Below are positions 1 through 9,935 of a stretch of DNA of 64,000 nucleotides, in pieces. The notes below the pieces were generated by a model. The model was not told where the DNA came from and did not search any database. It saw only the letters and a program-made list of their open reading frames with translations. Every line of letters starts with the position of its first letter. The stretch's first letter is position 1. The translations under genes and the position numbers were made by a program. The DNA is taken from assembly GCA_963666215.2 (NCBI GenBank), contig CAXWPL010000005.1:64001-128000 (forward strand). Direction: 5' to 3'. This DNA is from Acidobacteriota bacterium (GTDB taxonomy: Bacteria > Acidobacteriota > UBA890 > WLXD01).

Positions 1-1611
1 TACGTCGCGCGGATCTTCGAGTCAGGGGACGGTCCCGAGCTGCGAGTCGGGTACCTGGGCGTCGACACGCGTCAATTCGTCGCCCGAGACGGCAGGCGAG
101 CCGGCGACACGCCCTGCCTCGTATGCGTTGCGGGTCTCCGCCCCTACAAGGGAGTGGACGTCTTGCTGAAGGCGTGCGCGCTGCTGCGCGAGCGCGGCGT
201 CGACTTCAAGGTGAGAATCGTGGGCGACGGTCCAATGCGAGCGCGGCTAGAGAGAGAGGCCGAGCGTAAGGGCCTGACGCCGAGGCTCCAGTGGGAGGGC
301 GATCGCACCGAGGGGGAAGTCGCCGCGATCCTCCGCGACGCGGACATCTTCGCGCACCCGAGTGTGGTCGCGCCCGACGGGCAGATGGACGGCGTGCCGG
401 TCGCTATCATGGAAGCGATGTCAGCTGGAATACCGGTCGTCAGTTCGCGCCTTTCGGGGATCCCCGAGCTCGTGGTGCACGAAGAAACGGGACTCCTGGT
501 GGACGCGGATAACCCTCCGGCGCTGGCCGATGCAATCGAGCGTCTGCTCGCAGACCCGGCAGCCCGAGCGAGCATGGGGCGCCGCGGCCGGGCTCGGATC
601 GAGACCAGATTCGATCTGAGAGCCAACTCGCTCGTCTTGGGCTCGTGGTTGGCAGAGGAGTCGGCGGCACCCGAAAGGGCGCTTGCTCGAAGGATCCCCG
701 CTTTTGTGGACGCCAGGTCAGTAGCCGTCGTCGAGGTGCGCTCAGGGCCCGATTCTCACGTCGAAGTGGTCAGCTGCCAGACGAACGAAGGCAAGCAGGA
801 TCTCGTCCTCAAGGAGCATCTGCCGCGAGAAGGAGAGTCGGCCGCACCGGCAGCACGAGCCGCCCAAGAAGCCGCCGAGCTTCGAAGAGCAGCTGACCAC
901 CTCAGGGCGTACTCGGGGCTCGGGGTCCCGACAGTCTTGGCTCGCGACGGCGGCCTGCTGGTCCTCACTCGTAGCACCGGCCGTCGGCTCGACGAGCTCT
1001 CGCTGGACAGTCACTGTTCGCCCAACGTGCTTGCGTCCGGCGCGCGGACGGCCGGTCGCTGGCTCAGGGCATACCACCGCCCAGAATCGGAGAGGCCAGC
1101 AGCAGGCCGGTCAACGACGGAGCTTCTCGAGGTGCCTACCGCCGACTTGGCCGCCGCGACCGGCCTACTCGGCCGATCACTGACTCGCGCGGCTACTACG
1201 GCGGTCAAACAGCTCGCGGAGCGGCTCATGGCGCGCGACGGCGATCCCCTCGCTCGACCGACCACGGTTCACGGCGACTACTGGCCAGGAAACATCCTAC
1301 TCGACAGGGATCGTGTCGAGGTGATCGATTTCGAGGGCTCGCAGACGGGCCTCGCGGCCTACGACATCGAGTATTTCCTCGTCCATCTCGAGCGTGTCGG
1401 GCGGCGCCGCGGACGGGCTGAGCTGGAGCTTGTGAGTCAGAGCTTGCGATCCGGATATGGCTCCTGGTCGACCGGCGGTTGGCGAAGCTGGGGGCGCTTT
1501 GCAGTCGCGGCGCGGCTCGCCGCCGTGGCTGCCGGACGTCACCACTCCTTCCGGCAGGCCCGCTGGATCCGACGGATCGTGCGCAACACTCTTCGTGGAG
1601 AGATCCCATGA
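1..1611 (+). CDS. GT4 glycosyltransferase fused to a C-terminal APH/choline-kinase-like phosphotransferase (5' end outside window)
   Basis: Frame +1 is open from base 1. GT4 motifs: GLRPYKGVDVLL, DGVPVAIMEAMSAGIPVV, GIPELV. Kinase motifs: LVLKEH, HGDYWPGN, VIDFE. Confidence 0.85.
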   Translation, partial: YVARIFESGDGPELRVGYLGVDTRQFVARDGRRAGDTPCLVCVAGLRPYKGVDVLLKACALLRERGVDFKVRIVGDGPMRARLEREAERKGLTPRLQWEGDRTEGEVAAILRDADIFAHPSVVAPDGQMDGVPVAIMEAMSAGIPVVSSRLSGIPELVVHEETGLLVDADNPPALADAIERLLADPAARASMGRRGRARIETRFDLRANSLVLGSWLAEESAAPERALARRIPAFVDARSVAVVEVRSGPDSHVEVVSCQTNEGKQDLVLKEHLPREGESAAPAARAAQEAAELRRAADHLRAYSGLGVPTVLARDGGLLVLTRSTGRRLDELSLDSHCSPNVLASGARTAGRWLRAYHRPESERPAAGRSTTELLEVPTADLAAATGLLGRSLTRAATTAVKQLAERLMARDGDPLARPTTVHGDYWPGNILLDRDRVEVIDFEGSQTGLAAYDIEYFLVHLERVGRRRGRAELELVSQSLRSGYGSWSTGGWRSWGRFAVAARLAAVAAGRHHSFRQARWIRRIVRNTLRGEIP

Positions 1612-3113
1612 GCGGCGCGCCTGCGGATCTGAGCGCTCGTGTGACAGCCGATGCTGCTCGCGGCGTCGGTTGGGTGGCGACGACGGCGCTGGTGACTCGG
1701 GTATTGGGGTTCGTGGCCCTCGCTATCTTGGCACGGATCATCGCGCCCGAGTACTTCGGTCTGGTCGCGATCGCGACGGCTGTCCTTATCTTTGTCGATG
1801 CTCTCGGGGACGTAGGCGTCAGCGCGGCGCTGGTCTATCTGCCATCTCGCGTAGCTGCAGCCGTCCGCGTCAGTCTCGTCGTGAATTGCGCGTTGTCGGC
1901 GGCGTGGTTGCTCGCCGGCTGGCTGTCTGCCCCGTGGCTTGCCCGGTTCTTTGACGAGCCGGATGCAACGATGGTCCTCCGCGCGATGCTCTGGATCGTC
2001 CCGCTTCGATTCCTCGGCAACACGCCAGATGCGTTGCTCCGGCGAGATCTGCGATTTCGCGCGAGGGTGCGGCCGGAGCTCGCCGGCGCCCTCCTCAGGG
2101 CGGTGGTCTCGGTCGGTGCTGCGGTCGGCGGCGCGGGTGTTTGGAGCCTGGTGGTGGGTCATCTCGTTGGCCAGGCGGTCACCACGGCTCTTCTGTGGCG
2201 CGCTGTGACGTGGCCGCCGCGGGCTCGCCTCGAGGCAGGCGTCGCGCAGACGATGCTGACCTATGGCGTCGGCATCACCGCGGTCGACGTCCTGGCGGCG
2301 TTGACCCACCATTTCGACCTTCTCGTCGTCGGCCGCACGCTCGGTGCCACGGCCCTCGGCTACTACCAGATCGGGGCCCGCGTGCCGGAAGTGAGCCTCG
2401 GGCTGCTCGCCTGGGTCACGGCCAAGGTCCTTTTCCCAGCGTTCTCTCGACTGCACGCCGGAGGAGTTGACACCGGTCCATTGTGGCTGGGCGCGCTTCG
2501 GGCGATGGCGTCGATCGCCCTCCCGGTAGGGATCACGCTGGCGATTCTGGCCGAGCCAATCGTTATGCTCCTTTTCGGCGAAGCCTGGCGGCCTTCGGTC
2601 CCCGTGGTGCGCGCTCTGGCGCTTTACTTAACGGTCCGTGCGCTCGGCACGCATGCCGGCGATGTCCTGAAGGGTACGGGCCGAACGGGTCTTCTAGCGA
2701 TGCTCGGAGTGATCAAGGCGGCAATGCTGATGCCACTGCTGATAGCGCTGGCGCCGCACGGCATCGCAGCCGTAGCGACCGGTCTGGCGGCCATAGGCGC
2801 GGTAGGGTCGCTTCTTACCGTGGCGGTCGTCGCCCGGCTCTCGAACGTGCGGGCGGCTCAGATCGTCCGAGCGCTGGCGCCTTCCTCTGTCGCGACGGCG
2901 GGGCTTGCGGTCTGGCTTGGCGGAGCCGTGTTTCTCCGATGGTCGTCAGGCGCGTACCTGATCCCGACCGTGATCGCCGGGATGCTGCTGTACGCACTAG
3001 TCCTTCGGATCTCCGACCCCCGACTGTATGAACGGATCGTCGACGGGATTGTCAGTGTCACCGCGCCAGCCTTCGCGATCGTGCCTGCCGGTTCGGGTGG
3101 TGGCAAGTCATGA
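1608..3113 (+). CDS. Wzx/WzxC-type polysaccharide flippase
   Basis: ATG at 1608 overlaps the upstream stop. LARIIAPEYFGLVA, LLRRDLRFR, GVWSLVVG and many TM segments. Confidence 0.9.
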   Translation: MSGAPADLSARVTADAARGVGWVATTALVTRVLGFVALAILARIIAPEYFGLVAIATAVLIFVDALGDVGVSAALVYLPSRVAAAVRVSLVVNCALSAAWLLAGWLSAPWLARFFDEPDATMVLRAMLWIVPLRFLGNTPDALLRRDLRFRARVRPELAGALLRAVVSVGAAVGGAGVWSLVVGHLVGQAVTTALLWRAVTWPPRARLEAGVAQTMLTYGVGITAVDVLAALTHHFDLLVVGRTLGATALGYYQIGARVPEVSLGLLAWVTAKVLFPAFSRLHAGGVDTGPLWLGALRAMASIALPVGITLAILAEPIVMLLFGEAWRPSVPVVRALALYLTVRALGTHAGDVLKGTGRTGLLAMLGVIKAAMLMPLLIALAPHGIAAVATGLAAIGAVGSLLTVAVVARLSNVRAAQIVRALAPSSVATAGLAVWLGGAVFLRWSSGAYLIPTVIAGMLLYALVLRISDPRLYERIVDGIVSVTAPAFAIVPAGSGGGKS

Positions 3114-4150
3114 GCGGGTACGCAGCGAACTCGTGCGCCCCGCGCCTCTCGGTCTGGCCGCCCAGGCCGCCGTTGGATCCGAGCTTCGTGAGCGATCTGC
3201 AACCTGCGCACGGCGTGCGCGCCCGGGTTGGCCGGGTCTTCCGGCAGCAGCTCTCGGCGAGTCTGGCCCGGCGGCTCGCACAACCTCTGCCGAGCGCAGT
3301 GCCCTCCGACCGCGAGCTGCTAGGCGCGGCGCTCGAGTTGCTGCCGGAAGATCGTGCGACGCGGGGCCACGTCATTGTCGCGGACGTGCACGATCCCGAA
3401 CGCCAGCGACTGCTCGCGTTTGCGCTCGACGACGATGGCAGGCCGCAAACGGTTCTGAAAGCGGCCGCCAGCGCGGCCGGTCGCGCCACGATTCGGGCTG
3501 AAGCCGAGGCTCTCCTACGGCTCGGCAGGAGTAGGCGTCTCCAGCGCAGCGCGCGCGCTCCGCGAGTCTTGGGGTTCACCGAAGGGGCCGACATGACAGC
3601 GCTCAGACTTTCGGGCCTGAACGGACCTTCCCAATACGCGCAACTGCATTCCGGGCTGTTCCCGGCAGGCAATATCGAGTCTCACTTACTGCAGGCCTGC
3701 CGCTGGTTGATCACGTTTCAGGACGCGACGATCTGTGATTCCCAGGACGGCGAACTGCCCGCCGCCGCGGCACACGGCGACTTCTGGCCAGGGAACGTCC
3801 TGGCGCTCCGCGATGGCGTGGGTGTGGTCGATTGGGAGAGATTCTGGCCCGCCGCGCCCGTGACGCAGGATCTCTTCCACTATCTGATCTCGTACGCCTT
3901 CGTCCTTCCAAGCCTCGCGTGTCGGCGTAGAGAGCCGGCCGCAGCTCTGCACGCCGCCTTTGTCGCAAACGGCCCGCTCGGGCGCGCCACGAGGCTGGCG
4001 GTCGACATGTTCGGCAGCGCGAGGGGAATCCCGAGGCGCCGAATTTGGCGAGCGCTCGCCGCTCAGCTCAGGTGCCCGTCCGCCGTCCCCGAGCTCCGAC
4101 TGCGGGACGCCGAGCTGCTCGCAAACGCGATCGTAGGAGGGCGAGCATGA
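3110..4150 (+). CDS. APH-family phosphotransferase
   Basis: VLKAA, HGDFWPGN, VVDWE, QDLFHYL. ATGA coupling at both ends. Confidence 0.8.
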   Translation: MSGYAANSCAPRLSVWPPRPPLDPSFVSDLQPAHGVRARVGRVFRQQLSASLARRLAQPLPSAVPSDRELLGAALELLPEDRATRGHVIVADVHDPERQRLLAFALDDDGRPQTVLKAAASAAGRATIRAEAEALLRLGRSRRLQRSARAPRVLGFTEGADMTALRLSGLNGPSQYAQLHSGLFPAGNIESHLLQACRWLITFQDATICDSQDGELPAAAAHGDFWPGNVLALRDGVGVVDWERFWPAAPVTQDLFHYLISYAFVLPSLACRRREPAAALHAAFVANGPLGRATRLAVDMFGSARGIPRRRIWRALAAQLRCPSAVPELRLRDAELLANAIVGGRA

Positions 4151-6564
4151 AGGTAGCTTGGGTGATTGACGCCCTCGGCAGGGGAGGTGCTGAGGCTCTC
4201 GTGGCCCAGTACGCCGAGGCCGCGCGCTTCACGGGTATCGAGCTGCACGTGTTTGCCCTTCGGGCGTCGGGTGGCTCGGCCAACGCCACGCTGCTGCGCG
4301 ACAACGGGATCCCCTTGACCTGGATCAACTCTCGCAACCTGCGAGATCTCCGCGCCTGGCGCCTGCTGGTCGCCGCGCTCGAGGCGGCTGAGGTCGAGTT
4401 CATCCACGCGCACCTGACCTACGCCACGATTTGGTCGGCCCTGGCATCCTGGAAACTGCGCGTGCCGATGACGGCTTCGCTTCACGTCATGCCTGGTGGA
4501 AAGGACTCGACATGGGCGGATCGCGCGAGAGAACGCCTGATGTGTGCTCTGCTGCGTGCACGGGCACAGAAGACGGTCGCCGTCTCAGAGGCGACCGCGC
4601 GGGCATATGTCGAGCGCGGACTTCTTCGCCGCGAGGGGCTCGAGGTGGTTCGGAACGGCGTGCAATTGCGCGCTCCGGCGACCGCCGCGCAGCGCGCCGA
4701 AGCTCGCGCACAGTTCGGGATTCCGGAAGGCGCCCGGGTTCTTGTGAGCGTCGCGCTACTTCGGGAGGCAAAGGGCATCGGCGATCTGCTCCAGGCGATG
4801 CCACGCGTGCTCCGTACCCATCCCCGGACCATCGCCCTCATCGCCGGCGACGGACCCGATCGGCAGCGCCTTGAGGCGATAGCAAACCAGTTGGGGCTGC
4901 GCGACTGCTGCCGGTTCGTCGGTTTTCTCGAAGACGTCAGCCCGGTCCTGAGGGCAGCGGATGCGTTCGTTCACCCGTCGCGCGAAGAGGCCATGCCGGG
5001 CGCTGTCCTGGAGGCGCTGGCGGCGGCCGTCCCCGTCGTTGCAACCGCGGTCGGTGGCACGCAAGAGATCCTGACAGATGGTTCCGGAACGCTCGTGCCG
5101 CCCCGCTCGCCAGCCGCACTGGGAGAGGCCATCGTCGCGGCGTTCGACGATCCGCAGGGCACGGCGACGACGGCTCAAGAGGGGAGAGCGCGTGTGGCTG
5201 CCCGCTTCTCCGTCGGCCAGTGGGCGAAAGACCTCGCGGATCTCTACGGCCGGCTGGCGTCGGGCTGCCGACCGGCACCCGAGCAAGCCGATCGAGGCAT
5301 CGCGGCGGGATTAAGGGTGGCGGTGGTCGAGCCGGTCGGTCGCGGAGGCCTGATTCAGTACGCGTTCCAGCTTTGTCGCGCGCTCGCCGAGCAGCGCCTA
5401 CAGGTGGAGCTCATTACGTGCCGCGACTGGGAGCTTGCCAATGTCCCCAGGACCTTCGAGGCCACGACCCTGTTCGGCGAATCCGACGTGAAGCGGCGCC
5501 CTGGGCAGACCGGTGTGCGGGTGCGGCCATTCCTCCGCCTGCGCAGAGCGTTCTCGCACTACGGAAGATGGCTGCGGCTGTTGGGCTACGTCGGTTTGCG
5601 CCGGCGATACGACGTCGTCCAGCTCGGCGACATCCGCTTTCCCTTCGATGTCGTCCCGATCGTCTGCCTTCGGCTGCTGGGAGTGCGGCTGACCGATATC
5701 TGTCACAACGTCGAGCCCTTCGCCGTTGGCGGCCCGCGAGGGGGATCCTTCGGATTTGGAAGCTGGAGCCAACCGCTGTTGCGCTTGGCGTACCGGCAGT
5801 TTTCAACCGTCTTCGTCCACTATGCGGTCAATCGAGATCGCTTCCTCGCCCGGTACGAGGTCGACCGGGATCGAGTCGTCGAGATACCGCACGGCAACGA
5901 AGCGATCCTTGAGGAGGTCGCCAGCGGAGAGGGTGCCGGCGCCCTGCGGGCGGATCTCGGGATTGGCGTCGGTGATCCGGTCGTGCTGCTTCCGGGGACG
6001 CTCTCGCGCTACAAGGGCGTCGATACGTTGATCGAAGCCCTGCCGTCCCTTCTGGACCGCTTTCCCGACGCCCGAGTCGTGATTGCCGGCCATCCGTTGC
6101 CCGACTTCGATTTGGCCCGTCATAAGAGCCTGGCAGCAGCTCTCGGCGTGCATGACAGCGTCTCCTGGAACACCCGCTACCTGGAGGCCCAGGAGATCGC
6201 CTCCTGGTTGCAGATGGCGCAGTTGGTCGCGCTGCCCTACAGGCAGGCCTACCAATCCGGTGTCGCTCACCTGGCGCAAACGTTCGGCGTTCCCGTCGTC
6301 GCCACGCGAACGGGCGCGTTCGCCCAGATCCTCGAGGACACCGGATCAGGCCTCTTGGTTCCGCCCGACGATCCGCCAGCGCTGGCCAAGGCTCTGAGCG
6401 GGCTGCTCGCGGACGACCAGCTGCGGCGCGAAAAGGCACGGAACGCGACGCGCGCGGCGCACGGCCCCTTCGCGTGGTCAGAGGTCGCCGGCATCGTTCG
6501 CCGCCGCTACGAGGAGCTGCTCGCGGACGCCATCCCCCCACTCACGCGGGAGGGTTCGTCGTGA
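4147..6564 (+). CDS. Tandem double GT4 glycosyltransferase
   Basis: Two full GT-B units: MKVAWVID...GRGGAE...EAMPGAVLEA, then LRVAVVEP...YKGVDTL...QSGVAHLA. Confidence 0.88.
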   Translation: MKVAWVIDALGRGGAEALVAQYAEAARFTGIELHVFALRASGGSANATLLRDNGIPLTWINSRNLRDLRAWRLLVAALEAAEVEFIHAHLTYATIWSALASWKLRVPMTASLHVMPGGKDSTWADRARERLMCALLRARAQKTVAVSEATARAYVERGLLRREGLEVVRNGVQLRAPATAAQRAEARAQFGIPEGARVLVSVALLREAKGIGDLLQAMPRVLRTHPRTIALIAGDGPDRQRLEAIANQLGLRDCCRFVGFLEDVSPVLRAADAFVHPSREEAMPGAVLEALAAAVPVVATAVGGTQEILTDGSGTLVPPRSPAALGEAIVAAFDDPQGTATTAQEGRARVAARFSVGQWAKDLADLYGRLASGCRPAPEQADRGIAAGLRVAVVEPVGRGGLIQYAFQLCRALAEQRLQVELITCRDWELANVPRTFEATTLFGESDVKRRPGQTGVRVRPFLRLRRAFSHYGRWLRLLGYVGLRRRYDVVQLGDIRFPFDVVPIVCLRLLGVRLTDICHNVEPFAVGGPRGGSFGFGSWSQPLLRLAYRQFSTVFVHYAVNRDRFLARYEVDRDRVVEIPHGNEAILEEVASGEGAGALRADLGIGVGDPVVLLPGTLSRYKGVDTLIEALPSLLDRFPDARVVIAGHPLPDFDLARHKSLAAALGVHDSVSWNTRYLEAQEIASWLQMAQLVALPYRQAYQSGVAHLAQTFGVPVVATRTGAFAQILEDTGSGLLVPPDDPPALAKALSGLLADDQLRREKARNATRAAHGPFAWSEVAGIVRRRYEELLADAIPPLTREGSS

Positions 6565-7727
6565 CGAGCTCGCAAGCGCTTATGTGGGCCGGCCTGATCC
6601 TGACGGCTTACCTGTACGTCGGGTATCCATTGATACTTGCGCTCCTCGCGTGGCTTCGTCCTCGACCCGTGCGACGGGCTGACGCCCGCCCACGGATGAC
6701 GGTGATCATCGCCGCCCATAACGAGGAGCGGTGGATCGGTCAAAAGGTCACCAACACGCTTTCGCTCGATTACCCTCCTGAGCGCCTCGAGGTCGTGGTC
6801 GCGTCGGATGGCTCGACCGATCGCACGGAGTCGATCGTCGCCTCCTGCCGTTCTCCACGTGTACGGCTTCTTCGTCTCGCCCGGCTTGGCAAGGCGAACG
6901 CGCTCAACGAGGCCGTCGCAGCGGCCGAAGGCGACGTCGTGGTGTTCACCGATGCCAACTCCAGAGTGCGCCCGGACGCCCTGCGCAACATCGCCAGGAA
7001 CTTCGCCGACCCGGATGTGGGCGGAGTGTGCGGGGCGAAAGTGACCTTGGCCACCGACGGTGATAGCACGCAGGTCGGGGAAGGTCTGTACTGGAGATAC
7101 GACCAGTGGCAGAAATCTCTCGAGACCCGCGTCGGCAGTGTCTTCGCTGCAGACGGGACTCTCTACGCTGTCCGTCGGTCACTCTACGTGCCGCTCGTGG
7201 AGCTGGCGCAGGCAGACGACATCGCTATCTCCGCTCGGGTTGTTTTACAAGGCCGACGACTGGTCTTCGAGCCTGAAGCGATTGCCGAGGAACCGGCCCC
7301 CGGGCATGGCGTCTCGGAGCTCAGGCGCAAGATCCGCGTAACCAATCACAGTCTCCGAGCGCTGCTCGGCCTCGGAGCTCCGCTTTGGACTCGAGGCCTC
7401 TATTCGTTCGAGGTCATCTCGCACAAGCTGCTGCGCCATCTGTCGCCGTTCTTTCTTCTGGCCGTTCTGCTCGGTGCCGGCGGCGCGGCCATAAGCGACG
7501 GCTTCGCGCGGCTCGTGCTCGTCGCTGCCGCGGGCTTCGCGGCGCTGGCTCTCTTCGGTGCGGCAGTCAGGGAGCGGAGCTGGGGGAGCGCGCAGCTCCT
7601 GTCGTTTCCGTACTACTTCGCGCTGGTGAATCTGGCCGCCTTTCTGGGAACGATCAGTGTTGCTCGAGGGGTTCGAGTGGCGAGCTGGTCGCCCCGCGGT
7701 GGTCTCGAAAGGGGAGGATGCACATGA
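6561..7727 (+). CDS. GT2 membrane glycosyltransferase (PgaC/IcaA-like fold)
   Basis: IIAAHNEE, SDGSTD, GKANALN, FTDAN, ADD, HKLLR. TM helices at both ends. Confidence 0.9.
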   Translation: MTSSQALMWAGLILTAYLYVGYPLILALLAWLRPRPVRRADARPRMTVIIAAHNEERWIGQKVTNTLSLDYPPERLEVVVASDGSTDRTESIVASCRSPRVRLLRLARLGKANALNEAVAAAEGDVVVFTDANSRVRPDALRNIARNFADPDVGGVCGAKVTLATDGDSTQVGEGLYWRYDQWQKSLETRVGSVFAADGTLYAVRRSLYVPLVELAQADDIAISARVVLQGRRLVFEPEAIAEEPAPGHGVSELRRKIRVTNHSLRALLGLGAPLWTRGLYSFEVISHKLLRHLSPFFLLAVLLGAGGAAISDGFARLVLVAAAGFAALALFGAAVRERSWGSAQLLSFPYYFALVNLAAFLGTISVARGVRVASWSPRGGLERGGCT

Positions 7728-8641
7728 TGGCAAGAAGCCTGGCTCGCTGGACCGTGTGGGCGACCGCAGTCACCATGGTCGGGGCGCTCTGCAGCCCCGA
7801 GACAGCAATGGCGCAGCAACAGTCCGTCGGGGTCGAAGTGAAGGTCCAAGGCAGCATCAACGACAACTTCTTCCAATCGCCCGACGACGACGCGCCGACC
7901 GAGGTACGCGCTCTCCGTGTCGAAGCGCGTGCCTTGTTCAAGCCCGTCGCCAGGGGAGCGGTGACCTTCGTGCTCGGCGGTGGTGGTACGGGATACGAGG
8001 GAGATACTCTCACTGCGACTTCGATCTTCGGCAGTTTCGTAGTCAATAGTCGCGCGCATGATCTCACGGCGACGGTAGGGCGCGAACAAGATCGGTTGAT
8101 CTTCGATGTCGGCGATGGCGTCGGCACTGCCGACATCTTGTTCGTGGTTGCAGACTACGGCGTACGTGTTCCGGGTGGCTTCGAGCTCAAGGCCCGGCTC
8201 ACGCTGCAGTCTCAAAGCTTCGAAACACCCGAGCACGACAACACGCTGATCGGCGTCGGGTCCGCGCTTCGCTTTCATGGGTTCGGCAGATCCTTTTCGC
8301 CTGAAATCGGCGTGTTGTTCGGAGGACGCTCGGCCACCGATCGCGGGGACGATCACGATCAGACCGATTACTACGTCAAGGTGCGTTCGGCTCCGACCGC
8401 CGGCATCTACATGAGCTTCCGCTACCGACACCGTTTGAGGGAGTACTCGATCACGGACTCGCTGGATCGGAACTTCGGCCGCGAGGACTCGCGCGATCAG
8501 TTCACCGCTCTCGCGGTGTTCCCGGCCAACAAACCACTCGCTGCGACGGCCTACTTCGCGCGACAGGACGCGACGTCCACTCTCCCGACTCGGACGTTCG
8601 AGACCACCGTGCTCACCCTGGGGCTCCGCGTGCGGTTCTGA
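7724..8641 (+). CDS. Predicted outer-membrane beta-barrel protein associated with the polysaccharide cluster
   Basis: Signal peptide ending AMA, alternating beta-strand pattern, C-terminal LGLRVRF. Confidence 0.7.
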   Translation: MMARSLARWTVWATAVTMVGALCSPETAMAQQQSVGVEVKVQGSINDNFFQSPDDDAPTEVRALRVEARALFKPVARGAVTFVLGGGGTGYEGDTLTATSIFGSFVVNSRAHDLTATVGREQDRLIFDVGDGVGTADILFVVADYGVRVPGGFELKARLTLQSQSFETPEHDNTLIGVGSALRFHGFGRSFSPEIGVLFGGRSATDRGDDHDQTDYYVKVRSAPTAGIYMSFRYRHRLREYSITDSLDRNFGREDSRDQFTALAVFPANKPLAATAYFARQDATSTLPTRTFETTVLTLGLRVRF

Positions 8642-8670
8642 AGGAAACCGTAGAACGGGCACTGAAGCTC

Positions 8671-9759
8671 CTATAGATCGCAAGCGGGGGAGAGAGATTC
8701 TTCCGTGTCGCGTGGTGGTGGGAGGAGGTTGTAGACCTCGCGGGCAACGTAGCGCTTGAGGCAGCGGATGATTTCCTTCTTGGAGAGGCCTTCGGTGGTG
8801 CGGCGCTCCACGTAAGCGATGGTTGGCACGTGCCATCGCATCCGGACGATCACAGCGCGGTAGAGGGCGGTATTGGCCTGCCGGTTTCCCCCTCGGTTGA
8901 GCCGATGGCGGCCGCCGGTCTTGCCGGATCCGGCCGGTATTGGGCAGACGCCACAGAGCTTGGCGAAGGCCGCTTCGGAGCGGATCCGGTCGGTGTTGTC
9001 GCCGGCAGTCACGAGGAGCTCGCCGGCGATATCGGGCCCGATCCCGAACGCGTCGAGCAGGCGGGGTGCAGTCGCGGTAGTGAGTTTCTCCAGGCGTTTG
9101 GTGTGGGTCTTGATCTCCTCGTGCAGATCAAGCCACCGTCGGGCGAGCGAGCAGAGCACGTGACGCATCGTCACGTTGGGATCAGCCGGGTCCCCGTCGC
9201 CGTCGAGCCCGACACAGGTCGTCATCAGCTTATGGTCGCTGAGCGGTTCCAGCTTCGCTCGCAACTCATCGGAGGCCGTCACCAACGTCGCCTTGAGCGT
9301 CACGATCGCCTGGGTATGGGCTTTCACGGCAGTGTTGCGGGCGATCCGGGTGAGGCGGATCGCCTCAACGGCACCGTCGGAGACCTTGGGAGTTGCCGTG
9401 GCCTGCCCGGCCAGGACCTGACGGGCTGCATGTTCGGCGTCGATCGGATCGCTCTTACCGGCGAGGCGGCGTTGCCCTGCTCGAGGTGGCCGACTGACCT
9501 CGATCACTGTCTGTGCGTGGCGCCGCAAGAACCTGGCAAGGCCCATTCCGTAGCTGCCGGTCCCCTCCACCCCGAAGACGTGGACACGACCCAAGGTCTT
9601 GGCCCACGCCAACAGCCCCGCGTAGCCGCTGTTTGTGACCGAGAGGTAGTACTCGCCGAGACGGCCACCAAGGCCGTCAATCACGACGGCGACGTGTTCG
9701 TCCTTGTGAGTGTCGACACCGACGATGACATCGGTGCGCTCGAGTGCGATGCTGGACAT
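8671..9759 (-). CDS. IS110-family recombinase/transposase
   Basis: DEDD motifs GVDTHK, GVEGTGSYG, KSDPIDA. C-terminal domain with SEAAFA, PAGSG, RLNRGGNRQAN, IIRCLKRY. RBS GAAGGAGG upstream. Confidence 0.96.
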   Translation of the reverse strand: MSSIALERTDVIVGVDTHKDEHVAVVIDGLGGRLGEYYLSVTNSGYAGLLAWAKTLGRVHVFGVEGTGSYGMGLARFLRRHAQTVIEVSRPPRAGQRRLAGKSDPIDAEHAARQVLAGQATATPKVSDGAVEAIRLTRIARNTAVKAHTQAIVTLKATLVTASDELRAKLEPLSDHKLMTTCVGLDGDGDPADPNVTMRHVLCSLARRWLDLHEEIKTHTKRLEKLTTATAPRLLDAFGIGPDIAGELLVTAGDNTDRIRSEAAFAKLCGVCPIPAGSGKTGGRHRLNRGGNRQANTALYRAVIVRMRWHVPTIAYVERRTTEGLSKKEIIRCLKRYVAREVYNLLPPPRDTEESLSPACDL

Positions 9760-9935
9760 GGCTGTTGGCCTCCTTCACGGGTCAATGGTCCAGCTCGTCG
9801 GTCGGGCGGCCAGGACAAGACTGTGATGGGACCTGTTCAGATCAGGCTCCTATGAGGTCACTGCCCGTCCGGCTGGCGAGCAGCCTGATCGGTGCGCCAC
9901 CCCAGCCGACCGACAGGTCAGTGCAAGGACACCAC

